Positions 28,515 to 40,302 of a DNA stretch of 64,000 nt are shown here, piece by piece. Position numbers and translations under genes: made by a program. The DNA is taken from NCBI GenBank assembly GCA_963705545.1, contig CAVPJX010000001.1:1093246-1157245 (forward strand), given 5' to 3'. Positions within the stretch are counted from its first letter, which is position 1. Every line of letters starts with the position of its first letter. The notes beneath the pieces are model-generated. The model was not told the origin of the DNA. It searched no databases and saw only the letters and a program-made list of their open reading frames with translations. The DNA comes from an uncultured Actinomycetes bacterium. Its GTDB lineage: Bacteria > Actinomycetota > UBA4738 > HRBIN12.

Positions 28515-30101
28515 TCACTCCCACTCGATCGTGCCGGGCGGTTTCGACGTGACGTCGTAGGCGACCCGGTTCACGCCCGGCACCTCGCGGATGACCCGTT
28601 GGGCGATCCGGTCGAGCACGTCGTACGGGAGCCGCGCCCAGTCGGCGGTCATCGCGTCCTCGCTCGTCACGGCCCGGACCACGACCGGGTGCTCATAGGT
28701 CCGGCCGTCGCCCATGACGCCGACGCTCCGCACGTCGGCGAGCAGGATCGCGAACGCCTGCCAGGTCTCGCGCTCGAGACCCGCACGCTTGATCTCCTCG
28801 CGGACGACGCGGTCGGCGCCACGCAGGACCGCGAGCCGTTCGGCGGTCACCTCTCCCATGATCCGCACGGCCAAGCCGGGGCCGGGGAACGGCTGGCGCT
28901 GCACGATCTCCTCGGGCAGCCCCAGCTCCGCGCCGACGACCCGGACCTCGTCCTTGAACAGGTCGCGGAGCGGCTCGACGAGCGCGAGGTCCATCTCCTC
29001 GGGCAGCCCACCCACGTTGTGGTGGCTCTTGATGTTGGCCGCCGTCGCCGACCCCGACTCGATCACGTCCGGGTAGAGCGTCCCCTGGACCAGGAACCGC
29101 GCGTCGGCGTGATCGCGGGCGACCTCCTCGAACACCCGGATGAACTCCTCGCCGATCACCTTGCGCTTGCGTTCGGGGTCGGTAATGCCCGCCAATCTCT
29201 CCAGGAACCGATCGGTCGCCTTCACGTGGATCAGCGGCACGTGGAAGTGGCGGCCGAACGTCTCCTCGACCTGGTCCGGCTCCCCTTCGCGGTTGAGTCC
29301 GTGGTCCACGAACACGCACGTGAGCTGGTCCCCGACCGCCCGGTGCACCAGGAGCGCGGCGACGGCCGAGTCCACGCCGCCCGAGAGCGCGCAGAGCACC
29401 TCCGCGACGCCGACCTGCTCTCGGATCTGGGCGACCGCACGATCGATCACGTTCGCGGGCGTCCAGTCGGGCAGCAGGCCACACCCCTCGTAGAGGAAGC
29501 GCTTCATCACCTGCGGCCCCCTCGGGGTGTGGGCCACTTCGGGGTGGAACTGGACCGCGTAGAGGCCGCGCTCCGGGTCCTCCATCGAGGCGATCGGGAT
29601 CGCCTCCGTGTGCGAGGTGACCCGGAACCCCTCCGGGGCTCGGACGACGGCGTCGCCGTGCGACATCCAGACCGGCTCCTCGGCCGAGAGGTCCTGCAGC
29701 AGCACGCCCGGGGCGTCCACGATCACGGTCGTCCGGCCGTATTCGCGCTGACCCGTGGCGGCGACCTCCCCGCCGAGGTCGCGCGCCATCAGCTGGTGCC
29801 CGTAGCAGATCCCGAGGACCGGGACGCCGAGGTCCAGGATCCGCGGATCGATGGCCGGCGCGCCGTCCTCGTACACCGACGCCGGCCCGCCCGAGAGGAT
29901 CAACCCGGCCGGGCGCATCCGCCTGAGCTCACCGATCGGCGTGTCGTGCGCGACGATCTCGGAGTACACGTGACACTCGCGGACCCGGCGCGCGATCAGC
30001 TGCGCGTACTGCGCCCCGAGGTCGAGGACGAGGACGGGACGCGGATGGCCTCGGTCGCCGTCCCGCGCGCCGGTCACGGCCTCAGTGGCCCATCCCGACA
30101 C
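28515..30101 (-). CDS. guaA: GMP synthase (glutamine-hydrolysing)
   Basis: Class I amidotransferase domain (GICYGHQ), ATP-PPase SGGVDS motif and C-terminal dimerisation domain ending PPGTIEWE. The true start may be a few codons downstream of 30101. Confidence 0.9.
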   Translation of the reverse strand: MSGWATEAVTGARDGDRGHPRPVLVLDLGAQYAQLIARRVRECHVYSEIVAHDTPIGELRRMRPAGLILSGGPASVYEDGAPAIDPRILDLGVPVLGICYGHQLMARDLGGEVAATGQREYGRTTVIVDAPGVLLQDLSAEEPVWMSHGDAVVRAPEGFRVTSHTEAIPIASMEDPERGLYAVQFHPEVAHTPRGPQVMKRFLYEGCGLLPDWTPANVIDRAVAQIREQVGVAEVLCALSGGVDSAVAALLVHRAVGDQLTCVFVDHGLNREGEPDQVEETFGRHFHVPLIHVKATDRFLERLAGITDPERKRKVIGEEFIRVFEEVARDHADARFLVQGTLYPDVIESGSATAANIKSHHNVGGLPEEMDLALVEPLRDLFKDEVRVVGAELGLPEEIVQRQPFPGPGLAVRIMGEVTAERLAVLRGADRVVREEIKRAGLERETWQAFAILLADVRSVGVMGDGRTYEHPVVVRAVTSEDAMTADWARLPYDVLDRIAQRVIREVPGVNRVAYDVTSKPPGTIEWE

Positions 30102-31242
30102 GTTGCTGGGTCTGGTACGTCTTGCCCTCGGTCTTGATCGCGGGCGCCATCACCAGCTCGGCCTTCTGGAACTCCTTCACGTTCGCGTAACCCGTCGTCG
30201 CCATGCTGGTCGCGAGCGCACCGAACAGGTTGAACGTGCCGTCGTTCTCGTGAGCGGGACCGATCAAGATCTCCTCGAGCGACGCGACCTGCTGCGTCTT
30301 GACGCGCGCGCCGCGCGGGAGCGTCGGATGGAACGTGGCCATCCCCCAGTGGTAGCCGCGGCCGGGCGCCTCGTAGGCGCGGGTGAGCGGCGAGCCGATC
30401 ATCACGGCGTCGGCGCCACAGGCGATCGCCTTGGCGATATCGCCCCCGGTCCGCATCCCCCCGTCCGCGATCACGTGCACGTACCGTCCGGTCTCGTGCT
30501 GGTGCTCACGCCTGGCGGCGGCGGCGTCGGCGATCGCCGTCGCCTGGGGGACGCCGACCCCGAGCACCCCGCGCGTCGTGCACGCGTTCCCTGGCCCCAC
30601 GCCCACGAGCACCCCGACCGCCCCGGTGCGCATCAGATGCAGGGCCGTCGAGTACGACGCGCACCCGCCCACGATCACGGGGATGTCGAACGCCGGGACG
30701 AACTCCTTCAGGTTGAGCGGCTCCGAGCGGCTCGAGACGTGCTCGCCCGAGACCACGGTGCCCTGGATCACGAGTACGTCGAGTTCGGCCTCGAGGACGA
30801 GCGTCGCGTACCGTTCCACCCGAGCGGGCGTGAGCGAGGCGCAGGCGGTCGCGCCACCCTCCTTGATCTCGCGGATCCGGCGACCGATCAGCTCCTCCTT
30901 GATCGGCTCGAGGTACAGCTCCTGCATGCGGCGGGTCGCCTTCTCGTCGGGGAGCGACGCGATCTCCTCGTAGATCGGGGTGGGGTCCTCGTACCGCGTC
31001 CAGAGGCCCTCGAGGTTGAGGCAGGCGAGCCCACCCAGACGCGCGACCTCGATCGCCGTCGCCGGCGAGACGCTCGCGTCCATCGCGGAGGCCATCATCG
31101 GCAGCGGGAACGTGTAGGCGTCGATCTCCCAGCTGATATCGACGTCGTCGGGGTCGCGGGTCCGCCGTGACGGGACGATCGCGACCTCGTCGAACCCGTA
31201 GGCGCGCCGCGCCGTCTTCCCGATCCCGATCTCGACCTCCAT
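30082..31242 (-). CDS. IMP dehydrogenase family protein lacking CBS domains (GuaB3-type)
   Basis: [31 protein letters not shown]-terminus and TIM-barrel IMPDH motifs. 386 aa with no CBS insert. Confidence 0.85.
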   Translation of the reverse strand: MEVEIGIGKTARRAYGFDEVAIVPSRRTRDPDDVDISWEIDAYTFPLPMMASAMDASVSPATAIEVARLGGLACLNLEGLWTRYEDPTPIYEEIASLPDEKATRRMQELYLEPIKEELIGRRIREIKEGGATACASLTPARVERYATLVLEAELDVLVIQGTVVSGEHVSSRSEPLNLKEFVPAFDIPVIVGGCASYSTALHLMRTGAVGVLVGVGPGNACTTRGVLGVGVPQATAIADAAAARREHQHETGRYVHVIADGGMRTGGDIAKAIACGADAVMIGSPLTRAYEAPGRGYHWGMATFHPTLPRGARVKTQQVASLEEILIGPAHENDGTFNLFGALATSMATTGYANVKEFQKAELVMAPAIKTEGKTYQTQQRVGMGH

Positions 31243-31344
31243 GGCCTACCCCCGCTCGCCCGCCGCCGGTCCCGGGAACGCGAGACGCCCACCCGTTGCC
31301 GGATGGGCGCCGCGAACCTGCATGGCCTCAGGGTAACAGGTCGC

Positions 31345-31968
31345 TCAGGCCTCCTTGGCCACGTGTCCCGTCTCGGTGACGCGGAGGTCGGTGAGACCGG
31401 AGTGCACCCGATCGCCCTCGATCATCACGCTCGCGTCCTCGAGGTAGCCGAGCTCGGCCAGCGTCTCCAAGACGTGCACCAGCGACTCCTCGGGAGCCTC
31501 CGCGAGCGTGTCGATCACCAGCTCCGGATGCTCGGGCGCCTCGTAGGGGTCGTCCACCCCGGTGAAGCCGGTGATCTCGCCGGCGAGCGCCTTCTTGTAC
31601 AGGCCCTTGGGATCACGGTTCGCGGCGATCTCGTCCACGGTCGCGTGCACGTAGACCTCGACGAACGCGCCGATCTGCGCGCGGGCAGCGTCCCGGGTCT
31701 CCTTGTACGGCGAGATCGGACAGCAGATCGTGGCGACGCCGTTGCGGGTCAACAGGTCCGCCACGTACGCGATCCGCAGGATGTTCGTGTCGCGGTCCTC
31801 CTTCGAGAACCCCAGACCCTTGGAGAGGTTCTTGCGCACCTCGTCGCCGTCGAGGATCTCGGTCTGCATCCCTCGCGCCTGGAACTCGTGGTAGAGCATC
31901 TCGGCGATCGTCGACTTGCCGGCGCCGGACAGGCCGGTGAACCAGACGGTGAACCCCTCTCGCGTCAC
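31345..31968 (-). CDS. cysC: adenylylsulfate (APS) kinase
   Basis: GLSGAGKST P-loop and DGDEVRKNL motif. AAGGAG RBS 6 nt upstream of the GTG (complement of 31966-31968). Start overlaps the upstream stop (GTGA). No cysD/cysN or sat in the window. Confidence 0.85.
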   Translation of the reverse strand: MTREGFTVWFTGLSGAGKSTIAEMLYHEFQARGMQTEILDGDEVRKNLSKGLGFSKEDRDTNILRIAYVADLLTRNGVATICCPISPYKETRDAARAQIGAFVEVYVHATVDEIAANRDPKGLYKKALAGEITGFTGVDDPYEAPEHPELVIDTLAEAPEESLVHVLETLAELGYLEDASVMIEGDRVHSGLTDLRVTETGHVAKEA

Positions 31969-33362
31969 AGGAAGCTCCTTCCGGCGGCACCCTCGAGCGG
32001 CGGGGCGCCGTACAGATCCAGGATCGTCGGTCCCACGTCGACCAGGTTCAGCCCGCCGACGCGGCCGCTCCGCTGACCCGGCGCGCCCGACATCACGAGG
32101 ACGCCGTCGCGATCGTGGTTGGCCCCGTCGGGGCCCGTGTCGTTCTCGTACGTGTAGAGGCTGGGGTTGCCCACCGACCCGACCGACCTCCAGGCGAGAT
32201 CCCCGAAGTAGACGATCAGATCCGGCGCCACGCCCTTGACGTCGGGGTAGACGTCCTGGGGCTTGAGGACCTTGGTCCCCAAGGGCTCGCCGTCGGGCCC
32301 GAGCTGCGCCTCGAGCTTCGCGATCAGCTCGTCGCGCACCTCCTCGTAGCGCGCCGGCTCGATCACACCCTGCGGCTCGCGCCCCTTCACGTTGAGGAAG
32401 CATCGCCCGTAGTACCCGCCGTCGCCCCAGACCAACGTGCGGCTCCAATCGATCTGCGCATCCTTGATGGGAACCGGGCCGTTCACCGGCTCGGTGAGCG
32501 TCAGGTACCCCTCCTGGATCAACCAATCGTTGAAGCAGAGCCCGCCCATCATCGGGCGGGCGCCGTGGTCCGACATCAGCATCGTGACCGCGTCGCCGGG
32601 GATCAGCTCCATCAGCGACCCGATCTCACGGTCCAGGAAGCGGTAGTACTCGCGGAAGATCCCCTCGTACTTGTTCCCGGGCTCGTAGAGGGGATGGACC
32701 GGATCGACGTACTGCCAGAAGACGTGATGGAGCCGGTCGGGTGCGATGTCGCAGACCATGAAGAAGTCCCAGGGCTTCTCCTTGATGAGCCGCCGCGCGA
32801 CCTGGAACCGTCGCTCCGTCATCCGGAACACCTGGTCGAGGGTCACGTCGAAGCCGGCCTCGCGGAAGTTCGGGATGTCGAAGATGTAGTTGCCCGGACC
32901 TCCCAGCTCGTCGTCGATCTCGACCTCGAGCTCCTGCGGATACGCCCACCGCTCCGCGGACGGCGGCGTCAGGAAGCAGCCGACGCGCCAACCCGGGAAC
33001 TCCTTGGGCGGCGGGAACGACGGCGGCACGCCGATCAGGCACGATCGCTTGCCCATCGCGCCCAGCACATCCCAGACGGCGGGTGCCTTGATCGAGCCCG
33101 CATGCGCGATCGACAGCCCGTCGTACGAGGCGTCCTTGCGGTTCCGGAACCCGTAGATGCCGAGCTCGCCCGGCGTCTTGCTGGTGAGGGCGCAGGCCCA
33201 GGCGGGCACGGTGATCGGCGGGGTGATGCTCGCGAGGTCGCCGAACATCCCGCCTGCAATCAGCGATCGGATGTTCGGCACCTCGTCGGCCAGGTCGCGG
33301 AACAGGAGCTGGGGCGTGGCACAATCGAGGCCGATCACGGCGACCCGGGGTCCTTGCTGCAT
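31965..33362 (-). CDS. alkaline-phosphatase-superfamily type I phosphodiesterase/nucleotide pyrophosphatase-like protein
   Basis: MQQGPRVAVIGLDCATPQL (NPP-family metal-site start) and HGARPMMGG motif. AAGGA RBS upstream of the ATG (complement of 33360-33362). 466 aa. Confidence 0.8.
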   Translation of the reverse strand: MQQGPRVAVIGLDCATPQLLFRDLADEVPNIRSLIAGGMFGDLASITPPITVPAWACALTSKTPGELGIYGFRNRKDASYDGLSIAHAGSIKAPAVWDVLGAMGKRSCLIGVPPSFPPPKEFPGWRVGCFLTPPSAERWAYPQELEVEIDDELGGPGNYIFDIPNFREAGFDVTLDQVFRMTERRFQVARRLIKEKPWDFFMVCDIAPDRLHHVFWQYVDPVHPLYEPGNKYEGIFREYYRFLDREIGSLMELIPGDAVTMLMSDHGARPMMGGLCFNDWLIQEGYLTLTEPVNGPVPIKDAQIDWSRTLVWGDGGYYGRCFLNVKGREPQGVIEPARYEEVRDELIAKLEAQLGPDGEPLGTKVLKPQDVYPDVKGVAPDLIVYFGDLAWRSVGSVGNPSLYTYENDTGPDGANHDRDGVLVMSGAPGQRSGRVGGLNLVDVGPTILDLYGAPPLEGAAGRSFL

Positions 33363-33490
33363 CGGGAACGTCCTTCTGTCGGTCGGGTCCGTCTGTCCCC
33401 GGGCGCGCTCGCGCGACGGGGCGATCCGGCGGTTCACGTATCCTACCAACCGCCCGAAACCCCCCACCAACCTGCGGAGATGGCGATCCG

Positions 33491-33889
33491 GTGAAGGTGC
33501 TGCGCACGACGCTGTACACGGGCGCGGTCGTCTGGGCAGCCTCGGGGATGGCCCTCGCGATCGCCCCTCACTACCTCATCCACGAGCTCTTCCGGAACGC
33601 GTTCATCCGAGACTGGGCCCTGATCCGGACCCTGGGGGTCGTGGCGATCGGCATGGCGATGCTGATGGTCCTGGTCGCCCAGCGGCTCGAGGACGTCTGG
33701 TGGTGGGCGTGGGCGTTCATCGTCACGACCGCCGGCGTGGCGACGGTGAACGGCCTGCACGCTGCGTTCGGCGATCGCTCCGGTCGGGCGCAACTCATGT
33801 TCTGGCTGATCGCCGGCATCAACGCCGCTCTGTGTGCCGGGCTGCTCCTCGGCATGGGCCGGACCGCGCAGGAGCAACCCTTCGCCTGA
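33491..33889 (+). CDS. hypothetical small membrane protein (4 TM)
   Basis: Four hydrophobic helices, 132 aa, no family recognised. Confidence 0.5.
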   Translation: MKVLRTTLYTGAVVWAASGMALAIAPHYLIHELFRNAFIRDWALIRTLGVVAIGMAMLMVLVAQRLEDVWWWAWAFIVTTAGVATVNGLHAAFGDRSGRAQLMFWLIAGINAALCAGLLLGMGRTAQEQPFA

Positions 33890-33901
33890 GCCGGGCCCGG
33901 A

Positions 33902-34960
33902 TCAGGCCCTCGTGCGCACGGTCTCGATCCGCTCCAGCGCGAGGCGGGTCGCCGCCACCTGCGGCGTGATCGCGTCTCGCTCGGCCAGCTCGAGCACGCG
34001 CTCGAGCGTGCCTCCGATCGCCGCGAGCCTCGCCGCCATCTCCTCCGCCGACCACCCGAGCCGCTCGTACCCAGCCAGGTGCAGCACACCACCGGCGTTC
34101 ACCACGAAGTCGGGCGCGTACAGGATGTCGCGCGCCGCGATCCGATCGGCGTCCTCTGGGTCCGCGAGCTGGTTGTTCGCGGCGCCCGCCACGATGGCGC
34201 AGCGGAGGCGCGGGACCGTCTCGGCGTTCAGGACCCCGCCCGTCGCGCACGGGGCGAGGACGTCGCACTCCGCGTCGATGATGGCTTCCGGCGCGACGAT
34301 CGAGGCGCCGACGTCGTCGGCCACTGCCGAGGCGCGCCTGCCGTCGACGTCCGCGAGCGTGAGCGCCGCGCCCGCGTCGGCGAGGAGGCGGGCGAGCGGT
34401 CCGCCCACCGCGCCTGCGCCCTGGATCGCGATCGTGCGGTTCCCGAGGTCCGGCGATCCGAACACGTGAGCGACGGCGGCCCGGATCCCGTGGAACACCC
34501 CGAGCGCCGTGTCCGGCGCCGAGGTCCCCGAGCCGCCGGCCGCGACGCTCCGACCCATCACGTGCGGACATCGCTCCCACACGACGTCCATGTCTCGCTC
34601 GCCGGTGTTCATGTCACAGGCGGTCACGTAGCTCCCGCCGAGCGAGTCGACGAGGTCCGCGTACCGCTCGAGGAGGAGCCGGCGCGCGTCACCGTCCGGG
34701 ATCGCCGGGACGGCCAGCACGGACTTCCCGCCTCCGAAGTCGATGCCCGCGAGGGCGTTCTTCCACGTCATCGCCGACGACAAGCGGAGGACGTCACCGA
34801 GGGCGTCTTCGACGCTCGGATAGACCTTCATCCGGGTGCCGCCGAACCCGGGACCGAGGGCGGTCGAGTGCACGCCGACGAACAGCCATGCCTCGGTCGC
34901 CGCGTCGAACCGCGAGGCCACGAACTCACCATCCCAGCCCCGGAGCAGCTCCTCGAACAT
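33902..34960 (-). CDS. Glu/Leu/Phe/Val dehydrogenase family (leucine/valine dehydrogenase-like)
   Basis: GGGKS active-site Lys motif and Rossmann GAGAVGG motif, 352 aa. Confidence 0.85.
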   Translation of the reverse strand: MFEELLRGWDGEFVASRFDAATEAWLFVGVHSTALGPGFGGTRMKVYPSVEDALGDVLRLSSAMTWKNALAGIDFGGGKSVLAVPAIPDGDARRLLLERYADLVDSLGGSYVTACDMNTGERDMDVVWERCPHVMGRSVAAGGSGTSAPDTALGVFHGIRAAVAHVFGSPDLGNRTIAIQGAGAVGGPLARLLADAGAALTLADVDGRRASAVADDVGASIVAPEAIIDAECDVLAPCATGGVLNAETVPRLRCAIVAGAANNQLADPEDADRIAARDILYAPDFVVNAGGVLHLAGYERLGWSAEEMAARLAAIGGTLERVLELAERDAITPQVAATRLALERIETVRTRA

Positions 34961-34994
34961 CGCGGGCGAAGTCTAGTGAGCGGGACGGATCCGG

Positions 34995-35537
34995 CTAGTC
35001 GCCGCCGGCCGCGCGCTCGATCGCGGCGACCCCGGCGGCCCACGCCGCGTCGACGTCGGCACCCGGAGGGAACCGGCCGTTCAGCTCGAGCATGACGAGG
35101 CCGTGCGCCATCCCCCAGGCGGCCCGCGCGAGCTCGCGCGTGCCCGTGGCCGCCAGGAGCGGCGCTGCTGCCCGTGCCTCGACACCATCGGGCAACCGTT
35201 CGCGCCGCAGCGGTCGATCGTTCATCAGTCGGTACAGGTCCGGGCGGTCGTGCGCGAACCTCCGGTACGCGCCGGCCACGGCCCGCAGTGGCCGGCGGCG
35301 GTCGCGGCGAACGGCCGCCTCGAAGCGCACCGCGACGTCCTCGAACCCGAGCGCGATCAGCTCGAGCTCCACGGCCTCCTTGTCCGGGTAGTGCTTGTAG
35401 AGCGACGAGGCCTTGATCCCGAGCTCCGCGGCGAGCCGACGCATCGTCAGGGCGGATCCACCGTCCTCCTCGAGGATCGTGAGCGCCGCGTCGACGATCT
35501 GGCGTCGTCGCTCGGTCGGGACGGGATCGCTCGCCAT
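34995..35537 (-). CDS. TetR/AcrR family transcriptional regulator
   Basis: N-terminal HTH (ALTMRRLAAELGIKASSLYKHYPDKEAV). ATG is the complement of 35535-35537. Confidence 0.8.
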   Translation of the reverse strand: MASDPVPTERRRQIVDAALTILEEDGGSALTMRRLAAELGIKASSLYKHYPDKEAVELELIALGFEDVAVRFEAAVRRDRRRPLRAVAGAYRRFAHDRPDLYRLMNDRPLRRERLPDGVEARAAAPLLAATGTRELARAAWGMAHGLVMLELNGRFPPGADVDAAWAAGVAAIERAAGGD

Positions 35538-35569
35538 CGGCTGATCCGGACCGACCGCGCTCGCCGGCC

Positions 35570-36028
35570 TCACGCCGACACCCGGCGAGCGCTCACCTGC
35601 TCGGCGAGCGCGCGGTTCATCGCCTCGAACCCCCGCAGCGTTCGCGGCAGGAGCGACCGGCGCAGCGGCCGCACCAACGCTCCGCGGAACCGCTCGGACT
35701 GGACGAGCCGGGTGCCACGTCCTGCGTCGATCGGAACCAGCTCGAATCGGTGCGCGCCGTCGAACAGATGCGGCACACCCAACACGCCGAGCCACGCGAA
35801 GGTCCGATCGGGATCGTGATCGGTGACCTTCGGGTGCATCGTGATCCCCCGACCGCCCGGCGGCTGCAACCGCACGAGCAGCCGGTCCCCCACGTCCGCG
35901 GTGCCCTCGATCCTCGTGATGAACGGGTTCCAGCGGCCATAGGACCCGAAGTCCATCAGGACGCTCCAGACCTCCGCCGGGCTCGCGGCGATGTCGATCT
36001 GCGCGTGCAGCTCGTTCGTCCCCGTCAT
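35570..36028 (-). CDS. SRPBCC (polyketide cyclase/dehydrase-like) family protein
   Basis: About 150 aa with WSVLMDFGSYGRWNPF, a typical SRPBCC N-terminal block. Confidence 0.7.
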   Translation of the reverse strand: MTGTNELHAQIDIAASPAEVWSVLMDFGSYGRWNPFITRIEGTADVGDRLLVRLQPPGGRGITMHPKVTDHDPDRTFAWLGVLGVPHLFDGAHRFELVPIDAGRGTRLVQSERFRGALVRPLRRSLLPRTLRGFEAMNRALAEQVSARRVSA

Positions 36029-36133
36029 GTGCCGCTCCTCTCGCCACGGCTAACACTGTTAGCCTCGTGGGCGCAGCATAGGCTAACGTCGTTAGCCTGT
36101 CAACCCGCGACGGCTCGGCCGGGGGACGCGAAC

Positions 36134-36158
36134 GGGGCGGGCCGAGAAGGCCCGCCCC
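36134..36158 (-). terminator. perfect 10-bp GC hairpin (ggggcgggcc-gagaa-ggcccgcccc) downstream of groEL
   Basis: Inverted repeat read directly, 25 nt past the groEL stop. Confidence 0.55.
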
Positions 36159-36182
36159 GCGGACAGCGCGTCCGTTCCGGAC

Positions 36183-37826
<1,644 letters not shown>

Positions 37827-37886
37827 TCAGATGGAACGGGCCCCGGCGCGTGTCCGCGCGCGAGGCCCCGTCCCGACGCTTGGGCG

Positions 37887-38195
37887 CTACTTCTTGTTGA
37901 CGACGGCGAGCACGTCGCGGGCCGACAGGATCAGGTACTCCTCGCCCTCGACCTTCACCTCGGTGCCGCCGTACTTCGAGTAGATCACGGTGTCGCCGAC
38001 CTTCACGTCGACCGGGATCCGCTTCTCGCCGTCCTCGTCCCAACGGCCCTCGCCCACGGCCACGACGGTGCCCTCCTGGGGCTTCTCCTTCGCGGTGTCG
38101 GGGATCACGAGACCCGACGAGGTCATCTCGTCACCCTCGTTCGCGTGGACCACGATGCGGTCCTCGAGCGGCTTCAGGCTGAAGTCCTTCGCCAT
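37887..38195 (-). CDS. groS: co-chaperonin GroES
   Basis: [16 protein letters not shown]. 102 aa. Confidence 0.95.
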   Translation of the reverse strand: MAKDFSLKPLEDRIVVHANEGDEMTSSGLVIPDTAKEKPQEGTVVAVGEGRWDEDGEKRIPVDVKVGDTVIYSKYGGTEVKVEGEEYLILSARDVLAVVNKK

Positions 38196-38214
38196 GCTGG
38201 TTGCCCTCCTCGCG

Positions 38215-38241
38215 TTAGCACTCGACCTGCTTGAGTGCTAA
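38215..38241 (-). promoter_or_regulatory. CIRCE operator (HrcA binding site) TTAGCACTC-N9-GAGTGCTAA, proximal copy
   Basis: Perfect match to the CIRCE consensus, 20 nt upstream of the groES start. Confidence 0.85.
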
Positions 38242-38342
38242 CAGGATAGCGACGAGAGTCACCCTCGTTCGCGTGGACCACGATGCGGTCCTCGAGCGGC
38301 TTCAGGCTGAAGTCCTTCGCCATGCTGGTTGCCCTCCTCGCG

Positions 38343-38369
38343 TTAGCACTCGACCTGCTTGAGTGCTAA
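38343..38369 (-). promoter_or_regulatory. CIRCE operator, distal copy created by the 128-bp duplication
   Basis: Sequence identical to the proximal CIRCE, 128 bp further upstream. Confidence 0.7.
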
Positions 38370-38415
38370 CAGGATAGCGACGAGAGTGCCAAGGGTCAAC
38401 GCGGCCGGAGGCGGG

Positions 38416-39216
38416 TCAGTCTCTCGGCTCGAAACTGATGCGTCCCCGCTTCTTCGCGAGGAGCCAGCGCGGGTTGGCCGCGTTCAGCCGGAGGCTCAGG
38501 AGGCGGCCCCGGATGGTCTCGCCCAGGTCGCCGCGGCCGTGCTGGTCGCGGACCATGCGACTCTCGCGTTCCATGGCCTCCGCATCGAGGGAGATCTGTG
38601 CCGGGTGGAGACGGAATCGACCTAGGGTAGCCCGCATGATCCTGGGGTGCTGGAGTCGGAGCGCGCGCGCGTACCAATCGTAGTCCCCGCAGTTCCGGTA
38701 CGCGAGATCGAACGTCCCGACGAGGTCGACGAAGGACCGGCGGGCCCACACGGTCTGCTGAGGGATGCACGACCAGCCGAGCCCCAGGTACGAAGGGAGC
38801 GAGAGGTGAACGGGCGTCATCCGACCGAGGACGTCGCCGTGCTCATCGATGTACTCCACCCGACCGCAGAGCCACCCGAGGCCCGGGTCGCGGGCGAACG
38901 CCGACGCGATCCGCGAGAGCGCCTCGGGCGCGATCTCATCGTCGGCGTTGATGTACCCGACGATCGACCCTCGAACGAGCGACATCCCTCGGTTGATCGC
39001 GTCGTACATCCCTTGGTCTTCCGTGGAAGTGACGACCCTGGTCGGATAATCGGAGGCGATCTCTGTCGTCCGGTCCGTGGACCCCCCGTCGACCAATACG
39101 TGGTCGATGCGGATCGTTCCGTCTTGCTGGTCCCAGATCGAGCGAAGCGTCGACGCAAGGAACTCCTCGCCGTTGAGGGTCGGCGTCACTACCCCAACCG
39201 TCACCGGCTCAGACAT
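38416..39216 (-). CDS. family 2 glycosyltransferase
   Basis: VVTPTLNGEEFL, DGGSTD and DDE motifs of GT-A fold GT2 enzymes. ATG is the complement of 39214-39216. Confidence 0.8.
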   Translation of the reverse strand: MSEPVTVGVVTPTLNGEEFLASTLRSIWDQQDGTIRIDHVLVDGGSTDRTTEIASDYPTRVVTSTEDQGMYDAINRGMSLVRGSIVGYINADDEIAPEALSRIASAFARDPGLGWLCGRVEYIDEHGDVLGRMTPVHLSLPSYLGLGWSCIPQQTVWARRSFVDLVGTFDLAYRNCGDYDWYARALRLQHPRIMRATLGRFRLHPAQISLDAEAMERESRMVRDQHGRGDLGETIRGRLLSLRLNAANPRWLLAKKRGRISFEPRD

Positions 39217-39317
39217 CGTGAGTCCTCTCCACGTTGGACTTCCTCCGCCGCAAGGCACTGCGGGAACGAGACGTCATGTATCGTAACGTCCGCGTCCGAA
39301 CCTGACCGGATGAGTCG

Positions 39318-40262
39318 ATGACCCAACCGATCTTCTTGCTCTCACTGCCGCGTTCGGGGTCCACCCTCGTGCAACGGGTCCTCGGGATGCATCCCGACGT
39401 GGCGACGGCGCCCGAGCCCTGGCTCCTGCTTCCCCAGGTGTACGCACTCCGCGAGCGCGGTGCGGCGGCGGAGTACGCCCACGTCTCGGCCGCTCGGGCG
39501 ATCACCGCCTTCGCGGACGGTCTCCCGAACGGGCTCGACGACTACCTCTCCGAGATCCGAGGATTCGCGTTGAACCTCTATGGCCTCGCGGGAGGCGGGA
39601 CCGCCTACTTCCTAGACAAGACCCCGCGCTACTACTTCATCGTGGATGACCTTTACCGGCTCTTCCCTGAGGCTCGTTTCGTATTCCTCTGGAGGAACCC
39701 ACTGAGCGTCGTCGCATCGATCGTGGAGACCTGGGCGAAGGGGCGGTGGGCGCTGGACCGATGGACCGTGGATCTCCACGAGGGCGTCGAGCGTCTCGTG
39801 GAGGCGTCCGCTGAGGCTCGGCCCGGCACCAGCGCGACCCGGTTCGAGGATCTGATCGGGACCCCGGAGGTGAGCTGGCCGCGACTCTTCGGAGAGCTTG
39901 GTCTGGACTTCCAACCCGACATCCTGCAGCGCGTCGGCGACCGGAGGCTGACCGGCAGGATGGGCGATCCAACGGGCCAACATCGATACGAGCTGATCGA
40001 CCGCGAGCCGCTCCAGAAGTGGCGAGCGACGATCTCGACGCCCGTGCGGAAGCGGTGGATGAGGAGCTACCTGCGCTGGATCGGTCGCGCACGACTCGCC
40101 ACCATGGGGTACGAACTCGACGAACTGGAACGGGACCTCGAGACGTCTCGCACCGATCTCCGAAGCGTGGCTTCAGATGCCATCTTCGGAGTGGGCAGTC
40201 GGGCCAACGGATTCGCACGAGATCGCGCCGCACGGTTCGCGTGGCACCGCCCTCCCAGGTGA
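39318..40262 (+). CDS. sulfotransferase family protein (ST-A)
   Basis: 5'-PSB motif LSLPRSGSTLV and 3'-PB motif LWRNPLSVVAS (R.P....S). Confidence 0.75.
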   Translation: MTQPIFLLSLPRSGSTLVQRVLGMHPDVATAPEPWLLLPQVYALRERGAAAEYAHVSAARAITAFADGLPNGLDDYLSEIRGFALNLYGLAGGGTAYFLDKTPRYYFIVDDLYRLFPEARFVFLWRNPLSVVASIVETWAKGRWALDRWTVDLHEGVERLVEASAEARPGTSATRFEDLIGTPEVSWPRLFGELGLDFQPDILQRVGDRRLTGRMGDPTGQHRYELIDREPLQKWRATISTPVRKRWMRSYLRWIGRARLATMGYELDELERDLETSRTDLRSVASDAIFGVGSRANGFARDRAARFAWHRPPR

Positions 40263-40302
40263 CGGCTGCCGGACGAGCTCCTTGAGCAGGATCGACCGGG
40301 CA

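Larger units (their letters stand above)
38130..38387. repeat. perfect tandem direct duplication (2 x 128 bp) of the groES 5' coding end (21 codons) plus leader and CIRCE
   Basis: Blocks 38130-38257 and 38258-38385 are identical base for base. The second copy carries an orphan groES start codon (complement of 38321-38323) that runs out of frame. Confidence 0.9.

Noticed and set aside
31296-31320. Imperfect hairpin (gcccacccg-ttgc-cggatgggc) between cysC and guaB3
   Set aside because: The 8/9 stem has a mismatch and no T-tract. It might be a weak terminator but was not confident enough to list as a feature.
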